From positions 448,001 to 512,000 of the forward strand of contig CAWAUV010000004.1 in assembly GCA_963785305.1 (NCBI GenBank): a stretch of DNA of 64,000 bases. Reading direction: 5' to 3'. Below are positions 57,254 to 64,000 of the stretch, in pieces; positions within the stretch are counted from its first letter, which is position 1; every line of letters begins with the position of its first letter. A program made the translations under genes and the position numbers. Under the pieces are notes generated by a model. That model ran no database searches. It was not told the origin of the DNA and saw nothing but the letters and a program-made list of their open reading frames with translations. This DNA comes from an uncultured Planctomycetaceae bacterium (GTDB taxonomy: Bacteria > Planctomycetota > Planctomycetia > Pirellulales > PALSA-1355).

Positions 57254-57865
57254 TTATGACTCCATCTCGGAGAATCCCCTTGCATCGCATGGAAAGCAAC
57301 GGCGGCAAAGGTACCAGAGGGCGAAAAAATCGTAGGCCGCGTGGGCGACGATCGCGGCGATCAGATTGCCCGTGGCCAGTGTCAGGATTCCGAAATAAGC
57401 GCCGATTGCCGCGGCAAGGGCGGCGTAAGTCAGCGACAGCGCATGCAACAATCCGAACACAAGGCTTGCGATCGCGACCCCCAGCCACGGGCTCGCGTGT
57501 TCGACGATCGCCTGCTGGATGAGCCCGCGAAAAAACATTTCCTCGCCCAGGCCGGCCATGAGCGATACGAGGGCGAATTCGGCAATCGAAAATCCAGCGA
57601 AGAGCGGCGACACATCGCGGCGGATGATCTCATATAATCCCCTCAGCGGCCCGACCGGATAGCGAACCGCGCCGACCAGGGCGAGGGCGAGCGGCGCCGT
57701 GGCGGCCATTCCCCAAAAAAAGTCGCGTGGCGGCCCGAGAAGCTGCTCGAACACGGTTTGCCGCAAGGCAAGACTGGCGAGGAGCGAGACCGCGACCAAG
57801 CCGCCTTCAAACGCGATTGCCCAGCGGAACCAGCGTCGCTTCACGGAGATCGCGGTGACGGGCAT
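57254..57865 (-). CDS. CPBP/Abi family intramembrane glutamic protease
   Basis: GEEMFFRG, FGLLH and HAAYD motifs; multi-TM. Confidence 0.88.
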   Translation of the reverse strand: MPVTAISVKRRWFRWAIAFEGGLVAVSLLASLALRQTVFEQLLGPPRDFFWGMAATAPLALALVGAVRYPVGPLRGLYEIIRRDVSPLFAGFSIAEFALVSLMAGLGEEMFFRGLIQQAIVEHASPWLGVAIASLVFGLLHALSLTYAALAAAIGAYFGILTLATGNLIAAIVAHAAYDFFALWYLCRRCFPCDARGFSEMES

Positions 57866-58499
57866 TTGGGAAAAACCACGACGTTCGAAACATCGCGTCC
57901 ATGCGGTCTTGCGCGGGTGGCCGCGGGATTCGACGAGCGACACGGTAAAAACAGGCGTTTAATTTTACAAGATCGTTAGAAAGTAACGCTAGTGGGCAAA
58001 AACCCCGCAAATAGTTGACTTTTCGGCGATCTTTACAAATAATACCGCATCGGAAATTTCAGGAACCCGAGACGTTGCCCAAGCGGCGGTAGGTGATATA
58101 GCCCGCGAGAGCGCCGGTCGGGGGCCGGAGTTTTTAGGAGTTCGTCTTGCCGCGACCCACGAATGCTGGTCGGCGTGTCGTCCCGCGAGGGCGGCGTTGG
58201 AATTCCCCTCGGTGGGGTGATTGGCATCAGTACGGCCGAATCGCGATTGCGTGCCGAAAAATTTCGTCGAGCGATTGCGAAGTCGGTCCTTTCGAGTCAG
58301 ACAGAGAAGACCGCCGGTCGGGCGTCGGCGCCTGACCGGCTTGCGTTATTTTTCGCGCTTGGGACATTGAATGCACCCGGTTTTGTGACTCGAAGCGCGT
58401 GGCTCGCGTTGTTTTCACTGCCCTGCAACTTGCTTTTTTACCGGCAACGGCAGGACGACAATCGGATGATGGGCAAGGTTTTGATTGGGAGGAATTGAG

Positions 58500-58733
58500 T
58501 TGAAGCGTACGACCCAAACCAGGAACGTTTTCGAGGCCATCTTGAAGTACGGCCACGACGAGGATTTCGCGCCCGAGGAGTGCGAGGACTACGGCCCGAC
58601 CGAAGCTCCGGCCGGCTCGAGGGAGAAGCTCGACGTGCTCGCCGAACGGATTATGCGCGGAGTTCCGCTGTGGCATCCCGATGATCGCCATGACTACAGC
58701 GGATTGACCGGCGCGGTGCGTCCGCGCGAGTAG
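58500..58733 (+). CDS. Small conserved hypothetical protein (77 aa)
   Basis: GGGAGG RBS, TTG start; PTEAPAGSREKLDVLAER...G.PLWHPDD motif recalled from planctomycete hypotheticals. Confidence 0.7.
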   Translation: MKRTTQTRNVFEAILKYGHDEDFAPEECEDYGPTEAPAGSREKLDVLAERIMRGVPLWHPDDRHDYSGLTGAVRPRE

Positions 58734-58950
58734 TCGCCTCGGAATCCCGCGAGGGAGACCTTGGCCTGGAAGCGCGCCCGGGCATATCCTGCCTTGAGCC
58801 CGCGCGAAAGTACTCCTGTTTTTTTGAAACCTGATTGTCTTGCTTCCATCACGGCGCCGCGCATCGTTCTCCGATGTGCGGCGCCGTGACGTTTCTCGCG
58901 GCAATCGTCCCTCGGCTCGCCTATTGCGCCGTCGTTCGCCGCGCCGTCGC

Positions 58951-59328
58951 TCACTGGCCGAGGATTGGCAGTCCGACGCACAGTTCGATCGATTCGATCG
59001 AAACGCCCAGCGTCGGGATCGCGATCCCGGGGGCTGACGTCGGAAACTGCCCGGCGGATGCCGCCTGGGGCCCGCCGTCGCTGGCGACCGCGGGCACGCT
59101 GCTGGAGTCGCTAGGCGCGAGGAGATTCGCCGCGGCGGGCGCCGTGGCGCCGATGATCGCTCCGAGCCGCGGCGCGGGCAACACTTCGAGCTCGCCGCGG
59201 AGCACCACCATGTCGGCTGGCGCCTCAATGCCCAGGCGAACCTTATCGCCCGCCACGCGCACGACCGTCACCACGATCGAATCGCCCAAACATATCCGTT
59301 CTCGTTCACGGCGAGAAAGCACCAACAT
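58951..59328 (-). CDS. csrA: Carbon storage regulator CsrA/RsmA with low-complexity C-terminal extension
   Basis: MLVLSRR..ERI.LGDSIVVTVV....DKVRLGIEAP....VLRGEL. Confidence 0.88.
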   Translation of the reverse strand: MLVLSRRERERICLGDSIVVTVVRVAGDKVRLGIEAPADMVVLRGELEVLPAPRLGAIIGATAPAAANLLAPSDSSSVPAVASDGGPQAASAGQFPTSAPGIAIPTLGVSIESIELCVGLPILGQ

Positions 59329-59514
59329 CACGACCTCCATGTCGAATCCGCGTCGGTAACGGGCCCCAGCGAGCCCGGCGCGCGGTGGTTGATTGTTTTT
59401 GAGGGTTTTGGGTCTTGGGGGCAACGGGCGTCTATCGCCGCCGGTAGGCCCCGAGCAATCGACGTCGAGGGAATAATCGCATGTAAAAGCGCTTTTGAGA
59501 CGACGCGTCGCGGC

Positions 59515-59827
59515 TCAGGCCACGGCGGTTGCGAGCTCCGCCGGCGCCATTCGCGGGGCTTCCACCAACTGGGCGCGGTGAAATCGTTCGCCGGTCGAAC
59601 TGTAAAACAGCAGCGAGTTGCGCTGATTGTCCCAAATGGCCGAAAGCCGCACGGCCCGAGGACCATGCAGGCAGAAATAAATTCCGCAGGGCGTGCCGCT
59701 GCGCAGTCAGCACCCGCTCGGTCAGGGGAAAAGCGTCTAGCTCAAGTTCCGCATGCTCGCAAAGCACGTCGTTTACAAAGGCACGTAGGTCGCTCAAACT
59801 GCGCAACGAAGGCAGAGTAGCCGCCAT
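59515..59827 (-). CDS. Conserved hypothetical protein (~103 aa, one extra base)
   Basis: LRAFVNDVLC...FPLTERVL[TR]SGTPCGIYFCLHGPRAVRLSAIWD...LLFYSSTGERF is continuous once the base at 59705 is removed. Confidence 0.7.
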
Positions 59828-59986
59828 TAAACCTTCCTTGGCAAAGAGAATAGCGCGTCGAGAGAGACAGCGCTTTGGGTGGGTGGGCTTGGCTGGCGAA
59901 GATGCCAACAATGGGTGATATCGGCAGCGGGCGACGTTTACTTCTCGTTAAAATGGCGCAACGTGGTAAAACGAGACGGCTGATCC

Positions 59987-60571
59987 TTACGGTAACTGCA
60001 TGCCAAGCACCTGCAAAAACGCCCGCATCCAAGCCGGATGCGCCGGCCACGCCGCGGCCGTGACCAAGTTGCCCTCGACATGGGCGTCGTCGAGTCCGGC
60101 GCTCGGACTGATCCACCGCCCCCCGGCGGCAAGTATTTCGGGCCGCACGGCGGGATAGGCCATGCATTCCCGATCGCGGAGCACGCCGGCCGCCGCCAAG
60201 ATTTGCGCACCATGGCAAATAGCCGCGATCGGTTTGCGCGTTTCGGCGAAATGCCGCGCGATCTGAAGAACGCGCTCATTGAGCCGGAGATACTCCGGCG
60301 CACGGCCGCCGGGAATCACGAGCGCGTCGTATTCCTCGAGCACGATTTCGGCAAACGTGGCGCCGAGCCGAAAGTTGTGGCCACGCTTCTCGCTATAGGT
60401 TTGATCGCCCTCGAAATCGTGAATGGCCGTGGCCACGGTTTGGCCCGCGGTTTTCTCGGGACACACGGCATCGACCCGATGGCCCATCATGAGCAGCATC
60501 TGGTAGGGAACCATGATCTCGTAGTCTTCCACGAAGTCTCCGGCGAGGAGCAAAATCTTTTTTGGGTTCAT
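59987..60571 (-). CDS. DJ-1/PfpI family protein (type 1 glutamine amidotransferase-like)
   Basis: [44 protein letters not shown]. Confidence 0.92.
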   Translation of the reverse strand: MNPKKILLLAGDFVEDYEIMVPYQMLLMMGHRVDAVCPEKTAGQTVATAIHDFEGDQTYSEKRGHNFRLGATFAEIVLEEYDALVIPGGRAPEYLRLNERVLQIARHFAETRKPIAAICHGAQILAAAGVLRDRECMAYPAVRPEILAAGGRWISPSAGLDDAHVEGNLVTAAAWPAHPAWMRAFLQVLGMQLP

Positions 60572-60933
60572 GGCAAGCGTTGACGAAATGATGGGTAATA
60601 ATTTTTGAGGAAACCGTGCCCGCGACGACCATCGCGACCGGTTGGGCAAGGCCGCCGGTTGCGGGTCGTGCCGCAAATGCCCGTCATCCGATGCCCGCGG
60701 CGGGAAATGGAGAATATAGGTCATGGCGGACGATAAGCCAAACGTTTCCGCCGCCGAGGAACAATAAACGCGGACCCGCGCGGAGAAATGCCCCGCGGTT
60801 CGCATGGGCCAGCGGGAGCTTGCCGCGAAACGCGATGATTCGCGCGAGAGTCGACCGTCGCCGATAGCAAGGAGAGCGCAGCTTCCATGATGGATTCCAT
60901 TCACCTCAAACCTCCGAGGGAACCCGACTCGCC

Positions 60934-61699
60934 ATGAGCGTGCCTGCCCCCCATTTTTTGTTGTTTTCCGAAGGAAGTCGGAAACAGCGGCAGGGACAAT
61001 GGAAGTTCTTGTTAAAAGCCGTCGATGGAACGGAACAAATCGAAGTCGCCGATGCCGAGCCGGAGGCTCTGGGCGAGCGGCTTGAACTGCTGGCGGTCGT
61101 GCGCAGGACTCGAAGCGCTCGATCAGCCTTCGCGCGTCACCTTGGTCACTTCGAGCAAGTATGTACACCGCGGCCTCTTGTATGGGCTGCAAGAGTGGCG
61201 CTCGAACGACTGGATGTGGGAACACTTCGGCGAGATGGCCCCGGTCAAGAACCGCGACCTCTGGCAGCGGCTTGACCACGCGCTAGCGTTTCACGAGCTG
61301 GATTTTCGGCCGTGGCGTTTCGATGTCGCCGCGCCCGAAACCGCGTTTAGCGGCGCCGCGGCCGATCCCACGCCATCGGAAAGTCTCGCGGAAAGCGCCG
61401 ACGAAACCGCGGCGCCCGCACACGCTCGGCTAGCTCCGCCACGATCCGCGAATGCGCGCCGCGCCGTGGCGGCCATCGCGGCGGAAAGCGTGGATTCGCG
61501 ATCGCGAGGTTCGGCTTCGACCGTGGCCCCGCGCCCGGAAGCCGCCCGAGATGAACATCGTTCGCGCGCGTCAAACCAGCCAAGCGGTTCGGGCGGCGAT
61601 ATTCGGCTCCGGCCGCGGCGAGAGAGCGGCTGGCGGCGCTGGGGACACGCGCTCGCCGAGGCTGCCCGCGGCGTCAATCCGCTGCGGCGGCTGGCATGA
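60934..61699 (+). CDS. Ribonuclease HI-like protein with degenerate active site
   Basis: [21 protein letters not shown]...W....W and [12 protein letters not shown] match the RNase HI fold. Extra base at 61105. Confidence 0.75.
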
Positions 61700-61937
61700 C
61701 CGATCGGATTCTTGGAAGCGTTTTTGGCGAAAAACCGGACCGGATTTCGTGGCGGAACGTGATATCGAGGGATTTCGAGGGATAAACGCGGTAGGTTGGC
61801 GAGGAATTTGCCGTGGCGTCGCATGAAGCGTCGCCTCGGGGCCTGGGCAGTTTGTCGATAGGGAAAATTGGCGAACATGGATAGCTTGGTCCTAGACGGG
61901 ACCCCCATGCACAACAACAATCAAAGGGATTCGAAAA

Positions 61938-64000
61938 ATGAGCGTGCGGACGAGCGTCGAACTGGAAAAAGTCACCCCGCTGTTGGAAGGGCGTCACGAA
62001 AACCCTTTCGAGCTGTTGGGCCCTCATCCGATCGTGGCCGACGGTCGGCAGGCGATGGCGGTGCGGGCTTATTTGCCCCATTCGCGGCAAGCCTGGGTTG
62101 TCGAGCCGGGACATCGGCAGATTCGTCCCATGCGGCGTATTCATCCGGCCGGTCTTTACGAGGCGATTTGTCCGATGCCGACTTCCGAAGAAAAACAAAA
62201 CCATTATCTCCTTCGCGTCGCCGATGAACGCGGCGCTCAATCCATGGCCCACGACCCCTACTCCTTCCCGCCGTTGTTGACCGAATACGACCTTTATCTC
62301 CTGGGCGAGGGCCGCCACTGGCATTCCTACAACCGACTCGGCGCTCAATTGCGCGAGATCGACGGCGTGGCCGGCGTGAACTTCGCCGTGTGGGCGCCCA
62401 ACGCCACCGGGCTGAGCGTGGTCGGCGACTTCAACGATTGGGATGCCCGCCGCCACCCGATGCGCAAGCATGTTCCCTCGGGCATTTGGGAACTGTTCGT
62501 GCCCGGCATCGCCGCCGGCGCGATCTACAAATATCAAGTTCGCAACAACGATCTGGTTTTCGAGAAGTCCGATCCCTACGGTTTCGCGGCCGAACTGCCT
62601 CCGCGCACCGCGTCGAAAGTGGCCGATCTCGACCGCTACGCCTGGCACGACGAGCGCTGGATGCGCGAGCGCACCAAGTTCAACGGCCTCGACGCCCCGA
62701 TCTCGATCTATGAAGTTCACCTCGGCAGTTGGAAGCGGCCGGGCGAGGATCCCTCGCGCTGGCTCACCTATCGCGACCTGGCGCATGCCTTGGTCGACTA
62801 CTGCAAGGAGATGAGCTACACGCATCTGGAGTTGATGCCGATCAGCGAACATCCCTTCACCGGAAGCTGGGGCTACCAGACGGTCGGCTACTTCGCCGCC
62901 ACCAGCCGCTATGGCTCGCCCGAGGACTTCATGTACTTCGTCGACCATTGCCATCAACACGGCATTGGCGTGCTCATCGACTGGGTGCCGGCCCATTTCC
63001 CGCGCGATGCCCACGGCCTGCGGCAGTTCGACGGCTCGGCGCTCTACGAACACGCCGACCCGCGCCAAGGCGAGCATCCCGACTGGGGCACGATGATCTT
63101 CAACTACGGGCGCAACGAAGTCCGCAATTTCCTGGTCTCCAACGCCCTGTTCTGGCTCGACAAGTACCATATCGACGGGCTCCGGGTCGACGCCGTGGCC
63201 TCGATGCTCTATCTCGACTACAGCCGCAAGGAGGGCGAATGGGTGCCCAACGAGTTCGGCGGTCGCGAGAATCTGGCCGCGATCACGATGCTCAAGGAGT
63301 TCAATGAGCAAACGCATGTGCAATATCCCGGCGTCTTGACCGTGGCCGAGGAGTCGACGGCCTTTGGCGGCGTGTCGCGCCCGACCTATCTGGGCGGGCT
63401 CGGATTCAGCCTCAAATGGAACATGGGCTGGATGAACGACACGCTCCGCTACATGCGGCATGATCCGATCCACCGCAAGTACCATCACAACGAGCTCACG
63501 TTCAGCTTGATCTATGCCTTTAGCGAGAACTTCGCGCTGCCGTTTTCGCACGATGAAGTGGTCCACGGCAAGGGATCGCTGCTCGACCAAATGCCCGGCG
63601 ACTTGTGGCAGAAGTTCGCCAATTTGCGGCTGCTCTACACCTATATGTGGGCGCATCCGGGCAAGAAGTTGCTGTTCATGGGTTGCGACTTCGGCCAATG
63701 GAACGAATGGAACCACGACGCCAGCCTCCAGTGGCACCTGATGCAGTGGGAGTCGCACCAGGGGTTGCACCGCATGGTGGGCGATCTGAATCGCGTGTAT
63801 AAGCGCGAAGCGGCGCTGCATCAGGTGGACTTCGATCACCACGGCTTCGAGTGGATCGACTGCAACAACTGGGAAGAAAGCGCCCTGAGCTTCCTGCGCA
63901 CGCGGCAAGGATCCCAACGACATGATCGCCGTGTGCCTGAATTTCACCCCGGCGCCGAGAGTCGGTTATCGGCTCGGAGTGCCGAAGCTCGGCTGGTACG
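61938..64000 (+). CDS. glgB: 1,4-alpha-glucan branching enzyme (partial, runs off window)
   Basis: [81 protein letters not shown]. Missing from the ORF track because it has no stop; extra base at 63900. Confidence 0.96.
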   Translation, partial: MSVRTSVELEKVTPLLEGRHENPFELLGPHPIVADGRQAMAVRAYLPHSRQAWVVEPGHRQIRPMRRIHPAGLYEAICPMPTSEEKQNHYLLRVADERGAQSMAHDPYSFPPLLTEYDLYLLGEGRHWHSYNRLGAQLREIDGVAGVNFAVWAPNATGLSVVGDFNDWDARRHPMRKHVPSGIWELFVPGIAAGAIYKYQVRNNDLVFEKSDPYGFAAELPPRTASKVADLDRYAWHDERWMRERTKFNGLDAPISIYEVHLGSWKRPGEDPSRWLTYRDLAHALVDYCKEMSYTHLELMPISEHPFTGSWGYQTVGYFAATSRYGSPEDFMYFVDHCHQHGIGVLIDWVPAHFPRDAHGLRQFDGSALYEHADPRQGEHPDWGTMIFNYGRNEVRNFLVSNALFWLDKYHIDGLRVDAVASMLYLDYSRKEGEWVPNEFGGRENLAAITMLKEFNEQTHVQYPGVLTVAEESTAFGGVSRPTYLGGLGFSLKWNMGWMNDTLRYMRHDPIHRKYHHNELTFSLIYAFSENFALPFSHDEVVHGKGSLLDQMPGDLWQKFANLRLLYTYMWAHPGKKLLFMGCDFGQWNEWNHDASLQWHLMQWESHQGLHRMVGDLNRVYKREAALHQVDFDHHGFEWIDCNNWEESALSFLRTRQGSQRHDRRVPEFHPGAESRLSARSAEARLV

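Noticed and set aside
58085..58095. ops-like GGCGGTAG
   Set aside because: Short, expected by chance at this GC content, and not upstream of a long operon.
380..63900. Mass pseudogenisation or programmed frameshifting
   Set aside because: Motifs are intact on both sides of each break, there are no in-frame nonsense codons or slippery heptamers, and housekeeping genes are affected. Sequencing error fits better.
61674..63947. 757-aa minus-strand ORF
   Set aside because: Antisense shadow of glgB. The same applies to 46255-49005 (uvrA) and 20511-22391 (giant gene).
1..64000. Mobile elements, prophage, rRNA, defence systems
   Set aside because: No transposase, integrase, phage, rRNA or recognisable defence-gene signatures were seen.

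Overview
GC-rich bacterial chromosomal window, most likely from a planctomycete (Pirellulales-like), judging by the YTV Cys-rich protein, PEP-CTERM proteins, doubled UvrA and conserved planctomycete-type hypotheticals. In order it holds: a minus-strand polysaccharide/amino-sugar locus (1-15.4 kb); one ~10.7-kb beta-strand-repeat surface protein with a PEP-CTERM tail (16-26.7 kb); an epimerase/ExeA-ATPase/Wzz-like cluster; trpF, ahcY, DUF1015; two parS sites with parAB; tRNA-Pro and tRNA-Gln; an FGE-sulfatase protein; rex; a Cys-rich YTV repeat protein; a ~2,420-aa double UvrA; a second PEP-CTERM protein; an O-antigen-ligase-like gene; panB; a CPBP protease; csrA; pfpI; a degenerate RNase H; and glgB, which runs off the window. 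About 28 single/dinucleotide indels break otherwise intact genes, and about 25 of them sit at GCGC. They look like long-read errors at a methylated motif, not real pseudogenes. The most striking object is the YTV protein. Its mature chain is mirror-symmetric (i+j=805), with two separately homogenised arrays of exactly 15 x 16-aa repeats, which suggests a single ~100-nm antiparallel beta-hairpin. All calls come from reading the sequence and motifs; no database search was run.
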